Positions 9,030 through 19,357 of a DNA stretch of 64,000 nucleotides are shown piece by piece (positions within the stretch are counted from its first letter, which is position 1; every line of letters begins with the position of its first letter). The position numbers and the translations under genes are program-made. The stretch is from a virus. The stretch lies in the IMG/VR virus record IMGVR_UViG_3300019880_000001, positions 1-64,000 of that record, one strand, 5' to 3'. Below the pieces are notes generated by a model. It searched no databases. It saw nothing but the letters and a program-made list of their open reading frames with translations, and had not been told where the DNA came from.

Positions 9030-9548
9030 GTGAACCTCTCCGTCGAACAGATCGTGCAAAAGAACCTACCTTTTACAGCCGAGACGGACGAAGCAGGCCC
9101 CCGCGCCGAGCTGCGCGGTCCGGCTGCCACGGTAGCTTTCATGCTCGCCGGGAACGCCCACGTGACTTTCCAGAGCCGGCGCACGGACACCCGGTTCACC
9201 TACCGGATCCGGGCCGTCAAGCCTCGGGTGGAGGCCACCTTCGCCTCCGAAGGTCGCGCGTCACACTTCGTGTACGTCTTGGTCGGGCCCGACAACGACA
9301 GCAGCTACCAGTACCTCGGGTGCATCTACCGTCGAACCAACTACGCCCACGGTCGAAAGAGCCTCATCGCGACGAACGCGCAGAGCGAGACCGCGTTCGC
9401 GTGGGTGTGGCGGTACCTCGTCTCGGGGCGCATGCACCCGGACCTCGCCACCTATCACGAAGGGCGTTGCGGGAAGTGTGGACGCCGCCTCACGGACCCG
9501 ACGTCGATCGAGACGGGCTTGGGCCCGAAGTGCCGAGGTGAGCGATGA
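9030..9548 (+). CDS. DUF6011-domain phage protein
   Basis: C-terminal HEGRCGKCGRRLTDPTSIETGLGPKC. Confidence 0.8.
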   Translation: MNLSVEQIVQKNLPFTAETDEAGPRAELRGPAATVAFMLAGNAHVTFQSRRTDTRFTYRIRAVKPRVEATFASEGRASHFVYVLVGPDNDSSYQYLGCIYRRTNYAHGRKSLIATNAQSETAFAWVWRYLVSGRMHPDLATYHEGRCGKCGRRLTDPTSIETGLGPKCRGER

Positions 9549-9820
9549 GCGTTTACTACCCGCTTGGGCGCGGCGAAGACATGAGCGAAGGCGAGTACCA
9601 GTACCAGGTGGCGTTGTGCGAAAGCGCCGGCCTAGAGGACATCGAACCCGTTCCGCCGCCCGCCCCTGTAGGTTACTGGCGCGTTCGTGGAGGCGCGTTG
9701 CTCGAGATCGTGAAGATGTCGACGGAGCACCTCAAGAACGCGATCAATTACTCCGAGCGAAACCGCAGCGTCAGCGCGAAGATCGATGAGCTCCGAGAAG
9801 AGCTGGGGCGACGAGCGTGA
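9545..9820 (+). CDS. hypothetical protein
   Basis: ATGA-coupled; MSTEHLKNAINY motif. Confidence 0.6.
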   Translation: MSVYYPLGRGEDMSEGEYQYQVALCESAGLEDIEPVPPPAPVGYWRVRGGALLEIVKMSTEHLKNAINYSERNRSVSAKIDELREELGRRA

Positions 9821-10263
9821 TGCCGTTGCCGAAACTAGATGCGTTAGAACACGCCGTAGCGCGAGCTCTTCTAGACGGTAAAGAGCCCGGCGCGTATCTG
9901 CGCCATCACCGATCCGCCCGATTGTTAGGCAGAGTGATCGAAGAACTGCACGCCAAAGGTGTTGTCCGTTACGAGAAAAACGAAGGCATCACGACCCCTA
10001 TCGTTACAGCCGCCAGGCTCGTCGAGTTGACTTTAGGGCCGGAGCGCAGTTCGACTTTTACGGTCGAACAAGTACAGCGCGCCATGAACTACTCGGCGTG
10101 TAACCACTACGTGGGATACCGCGGCGCTGCGGCTGCGGTGTTGACGATTCCACTCTCACACGGATCACGAGTATTCACGTGGCGGGGCGAGGTCCGACTG
10201 CTCACCCCGAATGTGCCCCGTCATCCAAGAATCCGGGGAAGGTTGCCCCAGTCCGATACGTAG
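9817..10263 (+). CDS. hypothetical protein
   Basis: Coupled ORF of 148 aa. Confidence 0.5.
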   Translation: MMPLPKLDALEHAVARALLDGKEPGAYLRHHRSARLLGRVIEELHAKGVVRYEKNEGITTPIVTAARLVELTLGPERSSTFTVEQVQRAMNYSACNHYVGYRGAAAAVLTIPLSHGSRVFTWRGEVRLLTPNVPRHPRIRGRLPQSDT

Positions 10264-10309
10264 AACTCTCAGACTCTCAGAAAATCGTCGAAAGGCCCGG
10301 CATCTTCCC

Positions 10310-11800
10310 ATGACCGTTACCGTCAAAGATCTCTCCGCCGACCAGCTCAGTGCGTACAACACAATCGTCGGTTGGATGCGTGGCCAGTCGGGACAACCGC
10401 TACTGTCGCTCGGCGGGTACGCCGGGAGCGGAAAGAGCACCCTCGTCTCTCTTGTCGCCGAGAAGGTCGACCTTCCCGCGTTCTGTGCGTACACGGGCAA
10501 GGCCACGAGCGTGCTCAGGCGCAAGCTGCGCGCGGCCGGCACCGAGACCGTCGGCACGCAGAGGACGAGCCGCGACGGAGAGATGTCGCGCGAGGCGCGC
10601 CCCTACTGCGGGACGATCCATTCGCTCATCTACCGGCCGTGCGATTGCCGCGAGCCAAAGACGGTCGAGATTCAGAAGCCGTGCCTCGACAAGGACTGCG
10701 TCGCCGAGATGGCTTGGGCGGAAGGTACCGCGGTCTGTACCGGTGGGCACTACTACGATATGGCGGGCGCTGCGTTCGCCGCGCTCAAACCGAAGACCAA
10801 GTTCGCGCCGGCGCCGAAACACGCGGACGGTGCTTGCGCGCTCTGCGGCGGCAAGGAGTGGCTTCGCCGGGAATCTCTCGATCGCAACTACGGCCTTATC
10901 ATCGTCGACGAGGCTTCGATGGTCGACGACTCGATGCTCCGGGACCTCCGCGGCTACGGTGTGCCGATCTTGGCGGTCGGCGACCACGGGCAGCTCCCGC
11001 CGGTCGGCGGCGTCGGCAGCCTCATGAAGGAGCCTCACCTCCGCCTCGAGAAGATCCACCGTCAGGCCGAAGGCAACCCCATCATCGCGCTCTCGAAGAT
11101 CATCCGTGAGACGGGGCGTATCCCCCTAGACATGGCCGACAGCGAAGCCGTCACGTTCGGCAAGCTCCGGTTTCTGGATCAAACCATCGAGGGGCGGTAC
11201 GAAGATGTTTCGGCGGCACGGCTGCTCGAGATGGGCATCGCGTGCTACACAAATCGCCGGCGTGTCGGGCTCAATGTCGCCGTCCGTCGAGCGCGCGGCA
11301 TCGCGCGCAACGGCCGCGAGCTCCCCCGCAACGGCGAGCACGTGATCTGCCTTCGCAACATGAAGGCCGAGGGCGGACGCCCGCCGGTGGCGAACGGGAT
11401 GCGCGGCGTGCTCCAGAGCGACGTCGAGTTCAGGCCGATCGTGAACAATAGGGGCGAGAAGCACGGCGTGAGCGAGACGCAGGTCACCGGCTCGATCGCG
11501 TTCCCTGAGGACGACATCGTCTCGCACCCGTACACGATGCTCGCGGCTCAATTCGGTCGAGAGAAGACGTTCTCCGATCCGGCAGAGCTTGCGGAAGAGA
11601 CGGGCTTCCACACGTTCTCGGCAGCCGGGAGTCTGTTTGATTTCGGCTATGCGATGACCGTACACAAGATGCAGGGGTCGAGCTTCGACGATCTGGTCGT
11701 CGTTGCGGAGCGCCCGGGGCCGGTCGGCGCAGAAGACTGGAAGAAGTGGTGCTACACGGCGGTAACGCGTGCGGCGAAGAAGCTGACGGTGCTTCGATGA
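10310..11800 (+). CDS. RecD/Dda-like SF1B helicase with Cys-rich insertion
   Basis: Walker A GYAGSGKS, TIHSLIY, IIVDEASM, GDHGQLPPV, HRQA, YAMTVHKMQGS, YTAVTRA. Confidence 0.93.
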   Translation: MTVTVKDLSADQLSAYNTIVGWMRGQSGQPLLSLGGYAGSGKSTLVSLVAEKVDLPAFCAYTGKATSVLRRKLRAAGTETVGTQRTSRDGEMSREARPYCGTIHSLIYRPCDCREPKTVEIQKPCLDKDCVAEMAWAEGTAVCTGGHYYDMAGAAFAALKPKTKFAPAPKHADGACALCGGKEWLRRESLDRNYGLIIVDEASMVDDSMLRDLRGYGVPILAVGDHGQLPPVGGVGSLMKEPHLRLEKIHRQAEGNPIIALSKIIRETGRIPLDMADSEAVTFGKLRFLDQTIEGRYEDVSAARLLEMGIACYTNRRRVGLNVAVRRARGIARNGRELPRNGEHVICLRNMKAEGGRPPVANGMRGVLQSDVEFRPIVNNRGEKHGVSETQVTGSIAFPEDDIVSHPYTMLAAQFGREKTFSDPAELAEETGFHTFSAAGSLFDFGYAMTVHKMQGSSFDDLVVVAERPGPVGAEDWKKWCYTAVTRAAKKLTVLR

Positions 11801-12042
11801 GCGACAGTTGCCGTTGCGTTTCTGTGGCGGGCGACATCACGAGTATCGTATGTCCCATCCACGGCGTAGGCCGCGAAGAGACCGTACCGTGTGCCACGTG
11901 CGGTACGGCTACGACCAAAGGCGGCACCGAACGGTGCGACTGGTGTTGGGAGGTTGAAAGTCGCCTTAGGGGGTATTTGGATCGCGGCGGCAACAACGCC
12001 CGCCTCTTCGTGGTCGAAGTGTTGGAGGCGTCTAAGTCATGA
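11797..12042 (+). CDS. small Cys-rich (Zn-finger-like) protein
   Basis: CRC..CPIH..CATC..CDWC. Confidence 0.55.
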   Translation: MSDSCRCVSVAGDITSIVCPIHGVGREETVPCATCGTATTKGGTERCDWCWEVESRLRGYLDRGGNNARLFVVEVLEASKS

Positions 12043-12205
12043 GGCCCTCTCTACTCGCCGAACTCTCCGACCTCTTCGTGCGCGAAGCAAGCCGAGCGCT
12101 CAAGCGCGACAACTTCGACGAGGCCGATCGTCTCTGGGATATCGCCGACGAGATTCACGCGCGCAAAGTGCGAACCGAACTCGCCGAAGCGAAAAGGCCG
12201 ATTCG

Positions 12206-12631
12206 ATGATGGCCGAGCGAAAGGAACAAGTAGTAGGTGCCTGGTACGAATCGAGAGAAGAGGTTCTCCGAGGCAAGACCGGACTCCAGATCGTGTGGCG
12301 CGACGGGTTCGGCGTAGCGCACGCCGGCGACCTTCGAAAGCCGTGGCGAGTTCCGGACGAGATGCGCCCGATGGCGTCACCGTCGATCTCGGTCGTGTAC
12401 CCGGCACCCACTCCGAAGCGCCATCCGCTTTTGAGTTGCGACGACAAGGAGCTCGCCGAAGCGTTCGAGCGACTCGCTAAGGAACCAGCCTTCACGAAGA
12501 TTCCGCTCACGGATTGGGAGTTCAAGCTCGCAGCGGACGCGCCTACTGTCTTCCTCAAATGGGGACAGTTTACTTGGAAGCAACGTAAATACCTTCGGCA
12601 GATCGTGAAGAAGATCATGGGGGGCGAATGA
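12206..12631 (+). CDS. hypothetical protein (WE..F...KQ..L..I C-terminal domain)
   Basis: Overlaps the SNF2 start; LTDWEFKL...FTWKQRKYLRQI. Confidence 0.6.
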   Translation: MMAERKEQVVGAWYESREEVLRGKTGLQIVWRDGFGVAHAGDLRKPWRVPDEMRPMASPSISVVYPAPTPKRHPLLSCDDKELAEAFERLAKEPAFTKIPLTDWEFKLAADAPTVFLKWGQFTWKQRKYLRQIVKKIMGGE

Positions 12632-14271
12632 GCGGCTTTCGCATCCGCAAGCTCGAGGGCTCGCCGCTTTGGGCGATCGGCGCAGGCTACTACAGCCCCA
12701 AGCTCAACGCCGTAGCGCGCGCCGTCCCGGGCATGCGCTTCGACTCGAAACTGAAAGCGCACGTCGGGTACATCGACGCTGTCGAGTTGGTCGTCGATCA
12801 GTTACGCGAACTCGGGCTGAACGCGGACGACCCGCCCGAGAACAAGCGAACGTGGCCGCACAACCTGCTCGTCTCGTACGGCAGCGCGCGTGAGTACCAA
12901 AAAGAGGGGATCGACTTTCTGATCAATCAGGCCGGATCGGGCGCGCTGCTGTGCGACGACATGGGCCTCGGCAAGTCGTTGCAGACCGCCAAGGCGGTGC
13001 GCGCGCTTCGGCGGAAGACGATCATCGTGTGCGAGGCCCACGTTCGGGGCGTGTGGGAGCGCGAGCCCGAGCTCGACGACAAGGGCGGAGAGCTCGCCAA
13101 GTGGTGGCCGAAGGCGAACGTCTTCAAGCCGTACGGGATCAAGCCGGAGCCCGTGCCGGCGAAGACCGACGTCGTCGTGATTCACTACGACATCATCTAT
13201 GCGTGGGTGGATGTGCTCCTCGCGTGGGCCTCGGAGGACATGACGATCGTCTTCGACGAGTTTCAGGTCCTCCTCAACCCGACCAGCCGGCGCTCCGAGG
13301 CGTGTCGAGCGTTGGCGCGCGTGGCGAGGGGACGGATCGGCCTCAGCGGAACGCCGCCGGTCGACAAGGTGAAAGATCTCCACAACGCCGTCGACACGAT
13401 CTGCCCCGGGCGCTTCGGCGAGTTCTTCCCGTTCGTCATGCGCTACGCAAACGCCGTGCAAAAAGAGGTCGACGGCCCCGAGAAGACGAAGAAGACCGTG
13501 TGGGACTTCTCCGGCAAGTCGAACATCAAAGAGCTTCGCCAGAGACTCAACTGGTTCAGCCTCCGCCGCACGAAACGGGAGGTGATGAAGGAGCTCCCCG
13601 CACTCCAGCGCCAGATCGTCGACGTGACGGTCCCGCCAAAGCATCGCATCGCGATGAACGCCCGTTTGGTTGGCGACAAGAGCGCGATGCGCAAGGCCCT
13701 CGACAACGCCGCGGACGGCAAGCTCAAGAGCGTCCTCGAGCTGGTGCGCGGGCACTTGGAGTCTGGGCAGCGCGTAGTCGTAGGCACCCACCGACGCGCC
13801 GTCTGCGAGAAGATCGCAGACGTCATCGGTGAGTACGCCCCGACAAGGTTCATCCACGGCGGCGTGTCGCTCACGCGGCGGCACAAGATCGTCTCCGAGC
13901 TCCAACGCACCGAAGGGCCCGTGTGCCTCGTAGCCAACATCGACAGCACCAAGACCGGCATCGACTTCACGTTCGCGAACGTAGGCGTGATCGCCGAGCT
14001 CGTGTGGGAGCCTCACGAGCTGGCGCAGTGGGAGTCACGCGCGCACCGGTTCGGCGCTTCGACCGAAGAGCCCGTGCTCATGCAGTACGTCATCGCGCGC
14101 GGCACAGGCGACGAGCTCATCCTCCATGCCGTCATCAACAAGATCGACAACTACCTCGACCTGATCGAAACAGACGGCGGAGATGGGTTCAAGGAGGCGC
14201 TCACCGGGCCGAAGGACGAGGGCCTCTCGAGGCTCGCCGCCGCGCTCAAGAAGATAGGGAAACGGAAATGA
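12628..14271 (+). CDS. SNF2-family (SF2) helicase
   Basis: REYQKEGI, LLCDDMGLGKS, VFDEFQ, LSGTP, LRRTKREV, GIDFT, QWESRAHRFG. Confidence 0.92.
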   Translation: MSGFRIRKLEGSPLWAIGAGYYSPKLNAVARAVPGMRFDSKLKAHVGYIDAVELVVDQLRELGLNADDPPENKRTWPHNLLVSYGSAREYQKEGIDFLINQAGSGALLCDDMGLGKSLQTAKAVRALRRKTIIVCEAHVRGVWEREPELDDKGGELAKWWPKANVFKPYGIKPEPVPAKTDVVVIHYDIIYAWVDVLLAWASEDMTIVFDEFQVLLNPTSRRSEACRALARVARGRIGLSGTPPVDKVKDLHNAVDTICPGRFGEFFPFVMRYANAVQKEVDGPEKTKKTVWDFSGKSNIKELRQRLNWFSLRRTKREVMKELPALQRQIVDVTVPPKHRIAMNARLVGDKSAMRKALDNAADGKLKSVLELVRGHLESGQRVVVGTHRRAVCEKIADVIGEYAPTRFIHGGVSLTRRHKIVSELQRTEGPVCLVANIDSTKTGIDFTFANVGVIAELVWEPHELAQWESRAHRFGASTEEPVLMQYVIARGTGDELILHAVINKIDNYLDLIETDGGDGFKEALTGPKDEGLSRLAAALKKIGKRK

Positions 14272-14507
14272 GATTTCGAGACAAGACGATGGGTGAGTTG
14301 TTCCCGAACGCGACTAGGCGTTGGCCGCGGACGTTCATGTTCGCGGGGATCTGTCTCATCATGGTGGCTACGATCGGGATGCTCATCCTCGCCGTGATCC
14401 TCTTCGGCATCAGCGCTCCCGTGTACCTCGCCGTCTTCGGCTTGATCTTGAGCATCGTCTCTGCGGTGCGCGGCGACATCGAAGACCAGAAATGGAGAAA
14501 ACCGTGA
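14268..14507 (+). CDS. small membrane protein
   Basis: Two hydrophobic segments. Confidence 0.6.
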   Translation: MRFRDKTMGELFPNATRRWPRTFMFAGICLIMVATIGMLILAVILFGISAPVYLAVFGLILSIVSAVRGDIEDQKWRKP

Positions 14508-14725
14508 GTGTCATCGACTGGTCGATCTTCGACAAGTACCCAGAGAACACTGTCTACTGTCGTTGCGAAGCCGTCTACCGCTCGCACACGAAGGTGACGA
14601 TCGGAGACGATGGGAAAATGCGAATCCATTGCCGCAAACCCTGTCCGGCGTGCGAGTCATCCGTCGATCCGTGGAAGGTGTCATCCGACGTCGAAGAGAT
14701 GACTCTCGGAAAGAAGAACACATGA
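14504..14725 (+). CDS. small Zn-ribbon-like protein
   Basis: CRC...CPAC; GTGA overlap. Confidence 0.55.
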   Translation: MSVIDWSIFDKYPENTVYCRCEAVYRSHTKVTIGDDGKMRIHCRKPCPACESSVDPWKVSSDVEEMTLGKKNT

Positions 14726-14946
14726 ACCCCTACGTGATTCGCGTGAATATGACCCCGATGGAAGCAACCACGCTCATCAACGTGGAAGGCTCGACGATCA
14801 GAAGCTACTACTCGAATGGGGTAGCGGAGGAAGAGGCCGTGATTGCCGCTTTGGGCGTCGTAGCCCAGCGCGTCGCGCGTCGAGAGATCTACGCTGGCGA
14901 CGGGTTCACCGTCAAAGTGGAGTTCGTGAAGAAGGAGCCTGGGTGA
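14722..14946 (+). CDS. hypothetical protein
   Basis: ATGA-coupled ORF. Confidence 0.55.
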   Translation: MNPYVIRVNMTPMEATTLINVEGSTIRSYYSNGVAEEEAVIAALGVVAQRVARREIYAGDGFTVKVEFVKKEPG

Positions 14947-15245
14947 CGAAACGTCTCGCATTGATCCAAGGCGGTCGTACCGAGAAACGATCCTTTCGAA
15001 GGTTCGTGACGCGGCTCGACGCGATCGATCTGCGTACCGAGATCGAAGCGCACTCGCTCGCGCTGCACGTCACGTTGCGCGATCTCTACGAGGGCCAGGG
15101 GCGTGCGACGTCGATCGCCAACGCCAGACGGTTCGTCTACATGTGGCTCATCGAGGAGGGGAAGAGCCTCAACGAGATCGCGCGGCTATTCGACCGCGCG
15201 CCGAGCGGCGTGTTGAAGCTGACGCGAGAGAAAGAGACTACGTGA
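14943..15245 (+). CDS. DnaA C-terminal/TrpR-like HTH protein
   Basis: GRATSIANARRFVYMWL..GKSLNEIARLFDRAPSGV resembles DnaA domain IV. Confidence 0.7.
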   Translation: MTKRLALIQGGRTEKRSFRRFVTRLDAIDLRTEIEAHSLALHVTLRDLYEGQGRATSIANARRFVYMWLIEEGKSLNEIARLFDRAPSGVLKLTREKETT

Positions 15246-15426
15246 AGCCAGGGCGATTCCTGACGTACGACGAGGTTGTCAGGGCGCTCCGGGATGCCAA
15301 ACGACCGGGAGACTGCGCGCCGAAAGACCTCAAAGAAACGGCGCGAGCCATCATCGCCAAGCGAGTCCGACAGCAACCTCACGTTGAGATCCGTACGACG
15401 TCCGAACCCCCAGAAGAGAAAAAACC

Positions 15427-15801
15427 GTGAGCCACACCTGTCACGCACCAGACTGCAAGGAACTCGTCCCGCCGCGCATGTTCGCTTGTCGCTGGCACTG
15501 GAGCCAACTCCCGAGCAAGGTCATGGACGCGATCTGGCGCGAGTACCGCGAAGGGCAAGAGATCGACAAGCGGGCGAGCAGGCGATACATCGCCGTGCAG
15601 CAACTCGCGTGCGCCTACCTCGTGTTCAAGCCGAACAGCGAGAAGGCGGTGCTCAAGGCGCTCCCGTACATCGGCGCGGCGCTGGAGCACGGCAAGAAGT
15701 GCGTCGAGGAGGGGCTTGGTGATCCGCTCGAGGGGCTCATCCCGAAGGAGTGGCCGACGAAACCGCCGAAGAAGGCACGAACGAAAGCGAAGACACTGTG
15801 A
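15427..15801 (+). CDS. phage protein with CxxxxC...CxxHW motif
   Basis: HTCHAPDC...MFACRWHW. Confidence 0.65.
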   Translation: MSHTCHAPDCKELVPPRMFACRWHWSQLPSKVMDAIWREYREGQEIDKRASRRYIAVQQLACAYLVFKPNSEKAVLKALPYIGAALEHGKKCVEEGLGDPLEGLIPKEWPTKPPKKARTKAKTL

Positions 15802-15952
15802 ATGAGGAACTCTGTGAGTGCGGGTTGCCGTGGCAACTCTGTTGCGTTGCGTGCTCGATCGAACTCATGTGCCAGGCGGCATTTCTCGGTGAGGTCTACA
15901 TCTCGCAGGTGAACGCGGCCTTGATTTGGGATGTGCTTCGAGGTGTCGAACT

Positions 15953-16777
15953 GTGACCGCTCATCCTTTCTTGAAGTACGTGGGCGGGAAGACCGCTCTC
16001 CTTCCCGAGATCCTCGCTCGTCTCCCGAAGAAGATTGGGGCCTACTACGAGCCGTTCATCGGCGGAGGCGCTGTCTTCTTCGCGCTCGCGGTCGAGAGCC
16101 GGTTCAAGCGGGCCGTCCTCGGGGACGCGAACGAGGAGCTCATGAACGTCTACGCGATGATCCGAAAGAACCCGACGCTTCTGATGCGTTTCCTCGGATT
16201 GAGGCACGAGCAAGACGAGGAGTCGTACTACAAGATCCGCGCGCAAGACCCGAACAAGCTGAGGCCGCTCGCCCGAGCAGCGCGCACGCTCTACCTCAAC
16301 AAGGTCGGTTTCAACGGGCTCTACCGGGTGAATCGGAAGGGCGTGTTCAACGTGCCGTGGGGTCGGCAAGAGGGGCGGGCGATCTTCGACGAGGAGAACA
16401 TCCTCGCGTGCTCGAAGGCCCTGGCCGAAGTGAAGTTTGCGGCGTGCGATTTCGAGAGGACCGTCGAGGGGGTGCGCCCCGGAGACGCGGTCTACCTCGA
16501 CCCGCCGTACATTCCTGTCTCGGCCACAGCCAACTTCACGGCCTACGGCGCCGGCGGCTTCGGTCTGGCGGAGCAAGAGCGGCTTCGGGACGTCGCGAAG
16601 AAACTAGACACGCGAGGCGTGCACGTCTTGCTCTCGAACAGCGACACGCCTCTCACTCGCAAGCTCTATCGAGGTTTCAAGATCGAAGAGGTCCAAGCGC
16701 CTCGTCGAGTGAACTCGAAAGCGAGCAAGCGAGGGAACGTGGGCGAGCTCCTCATCTCGGGGAAAAACGCAAAGTGA
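15953..16777 (+). CDS. dam: Dam/D12-family DNA adenine methyltransferase
   Basis: FLKYVGGK, YYEPFIGGGAVF, FNGLYRVNRKGVFNVPWG, VYLDPPY, LLSNS. Confidence 0.93.
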   Translation: MTAHPFLKYVGGKTALLPEILARLPKKIGAYYEPFIGGGAVFFALAVESRFKRAVLGDANEELMNVYAMIRKNPTLLMRFLGLRHEQDEESYYKIRAQDPNKLRPLARAARTLYLNKVGFNGLYRVNRKGVFNVPWGRQEGRAIFDEENILACSKALAEVKFAACDFERTVEGVRPGDAVYLDPPYIPVSATANFTAYGAGGFGLAEQERLRDVAKKLDTRGVHVLLSNSDTPLTRKLYRGFKIEEVQAPRRVNSKASKRGNVGELLISGKNAK

Positions 16778-17122
16778 TCCGCGCTGTCGTGATAGTCGGC
16801 GGCTTCTTGCTCGCAGGATGGCTTGAACGTTGGTTCGAGCGGCGCGCGCGGGCACGCGCGAGACTCAAGGCACGTCTACCCAGGAGAGTCGGATGATCGA
16901 GAAACTAGATACGCCCACGTCTTTGGCCGCCGAACTCCGTGAGGTCGCGAAGGAGCTAGCGGAGTCGGACTTGATCGCCGAACGGAAGATGCGTCTTCAC
17001 GATAAGGCGGAGTCGATACGCATGCGGTACGAAGCTCTCACGTGGGAGCGCACTACGCCGGAGAGCTAGTGCTCACCGGGTTCGTGTAAACCGACTGAAT
17101 AGAAAAAGGATCGAGGACTCTC

Positions 17123-17710
17123 ATGGAAACAAATAGGCGCAACACTCTACTCAAAGTTGCTTTGTTGATGCTCGTGTTCGTGGTCGCGTTCGTAGCGCAC
17201 ACGGTGAAGGCGAACGGAAACTCGTTGACCGTGAACGGTCGGTGGGCAGGTACGGGGTTCGCCGATCCATCTTTCGACTTCAACAACGATGGCATCGCAG
17301 CTCGCATATTCGATGTGAAAGCGTACGACCAACTCCCGTTCGCTGGACTAGAAGGCGTCGCGGATACTGGGCTGATCAGTGTGGGAACTTGCGGCAGTGC
17401 GAATTCGTTCGAGCTACAACCCTTCGGCAAGATCACGTTCCGAGGCCGTCTGGGCGAAGCGCTTTACGCAGAGGTGGATCCTGCTGCGCCGAATCTCTGC
17501 TTCGAACCAGCCAACCCGAGCGAGGTTCTGACGATTCGTTTCGTCGGCGGCACCGGCATCTACCTCCACGCGACCGGGACGGGAACGATGACGTTCCACG
17601 ACTTCGCTCGGATAGAGAAACCGGTCATGCTCCCCGGTTTTCCGTTTCTAGTTCCAGCCCCGCTCATGATCGACTCCCACGGGGAGTTCGTGCTGCACAT
17701 CAACTTGTAG
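17123..17710 (+). CDS. secreted beta-barrel-like protein (moron)
   Basis: Signal peptide; FVGGTGIYLHATGTG motif reminiscent of dirigent/allene-oxide-cyclase-like barrels. Confidence 0.6.
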   Translation: METNRRNTLLKVALLMLVFVVAFVAHTVKANGNSLTVNGRWAGTGFADPSFDFNNDGIAARIFDVKAYDQLPFAGLEGVADTGLISVGTCGSANSFELQPFGKITFRGRLGEALYAEVDPAAPNLCFEPANPSEVLTIRFVGGTGIYLHATGTGTMTFHDFARIEKPVMLPGFPFLVPAPLMIDSHGEFVLHINL

Positions 17711-18017
17711 TAGACGAACGACGATGAAACCCTCGGTGGCCGCTGCGTTATTTTTCTTCGGGTGCGTGCCGCAGGCGCGTTCAGAGGAAGATTCCCGGCG
17801 TCTCTTCGTAAGAGACGTCAGCGTGGCGGTCGCCGATTGCGTGCGACGTGGCGCCCCGAAAACGTGCTCGAAGGCCGACCAACTAGCCGCAGCGTACTAC
17901 TCGAAGAGATTCCCATGAAAAGAGTTCCGACTTCCGCCCTCGTAGTAATCACCACCGTCGTCTTCGTCGCGATCGGCTACTGCGCCGCCTTTTTGATCCA
18001 GCTCTAGAGGCCGGCCG

Positions 18018-18221
18018 TTGAAGATTCGACGCGACACCGACTCCGACGCCATCTGCATCGAACTTTCGGGCGCTGAGGCCCGCGTGTTGCTCGATGAGCT
18101 CTCGGACGTGCGCGGAGGGGCTCGCTTACCGAAGTTGAAACAGGTGTGCCTGGGGCTTGCTACGCTGTTGGTGCCCTTCGAGCCTCAGCGGAAACTGTCG
18201 GTGGTAGGGAAGAAGCTCTAG
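18018..18221 (+). CDS. hypothetical protein
   Basis: 67 aa ORF. Confidence 0.45.
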   Translation: MKIRRDTDSDAICIELSGAEARVLLDELSDVRGGARLPKLKQVCLGLATLLVPFEPQRKLSVVGKKL

Positions 18222-18258
18222 CCGTCCGACGTACCAGAGAGACAGGAGACACGTTCCC

Positions 18259-18852
18259 ATGAAGACCACCCTTTCGGCTCTCGTAACCCTTGTACTGTTC
18301 GGTTGCGGCGGAGAGTCGTTCACTGGGTTCACCCACGGCGATCCAACGACAGCGGACGCCGATTCGACAACCCCGGCGGACGGCGGGTTCGACGTGAAGG
18401 CCGCTGGCGGGAGCGCAGGGCAGCCCGAAGAGGATGATGGGGGGCTACCGAACGGATCAGGTGGCGCGGGAGGCACCGTCTCGACTGGCGGCTCCACGTC
18501 GGCCGGTTCAGGTGGAGTGCTCGGCACGGGCGGAGCCACGACGTGCGCGCTCGTCACACACACCAACGGCATCGGACAGACCTGGCAGGACTGCGTGCCG
18601 ATCAACACCTACGATCTGAACCAAGCGATGCGGGCGTGCGAGAAGTCCGGCGCGGCGCACTGCACCAACAATGGTTCAATTTGCGGTGGCACGTACGTGG
18701 TGTGCGGGTACGACGAGCCTCGGCAGAGCATTTACGGTGGCTGTTGGGGCTACTACGGCGCCTACATCGCCGGCTTCGTCAGTTCCGTGGCACTCAACGG
18801 CGGCGGTTCGTGCCCCAACGCCAACAGTGAAACCAGCCGACCGTGGGGGTGA
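18259..18852 (+). CDS. myxobacterial-type lipoprotein (Gly-rich linker, Cys-rich domain)
   Basis: AGGAG RBS; lipobox LVLFGC; GGSAG/TGG linker; multi-Cys C-terminal domain. Confidence 0.8.
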   Translation: MKTTLSALVTLVLFGCGGESFTGFTHGDPTTADADSTTPADGGFDVKAAGGSAGQPEEDDGGLPNGSGGAGGTVSTGGSTSAGSGGVLGTGGATTCALVTHTNGIGQTWQDCVPINTYDLNQAMRACEKSGAAHCTNNGSICGGTYVVCGYDEPRQSIYGGCWGYYGAYIAGFVSSVALNGGGSCPNANSETSRPWG

Positions 18853-18915
18853 CTTCCACCCTCGAAACACGCGAAAAACGACTGGGGCGGAAACCAATGT
18901 TGCTCGTCGCGGCGT

Positions 18916-19335
18916 GTGCGTGGCAACATGTGGAACATGCTCGCAACAGGCTTGGAGTTCGCGCCCGGAACGACCGACGAATGCAAGAAGCTGGTCACAA
19001 GGCTCGTTCAACCAGGTGAGATCTTCGGGGCGTACCGTCACGCGCGGAATCAGTTCCGAAGCGGCGACATCGTGCTCACGATCTCGGAGCAAGACCCATC
19101 TGGGTTCCAAGCGGAGCCACGCACCGCATACGTCAAGCGAATCCGTGACGTGAACACGAAAGTGCCGCTGCTCATGCGTGGGCTCGCAGAGAAATCGGCG
19201 CACAGCATCTCCAAACTCCCGTTCGAATCGGACGCGCTGTGGCTCATCATCGCGCGCGGGCCGCAGGCAGTGCCGGTCATGTGCGTGATTTTCGCGGTGC
19301 CGTACGAGACGACCGCCGTCGCGTCACCGAACTGA
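18916..19335 (+). CDS. hypothetical protein
   Basis: 139 aa ORF with plausible composition. Confidence 0.6.
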   Translation: MRGNMWNMLATGLEFAPGTTDECKKLVTRLVQPGEIFGAYRHARNQFRSGDIVLTISEQDPSGFQAEPRTAYVKRIRDVNTKVPLLMRGLAEKSAHSISKLPFESDALWLIIARGPQAVPVMCVIFAVPYETTAVASPN

Positions 19336-19357
19336 GTCTGGAAAAGGACGGAAGACG

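Noticed and set aside
15953-16777. Complete restriction-modification system
   Set aside because: No adjacent restriction endonuclease; orphan Dam-family MTases are ordinary in phages.
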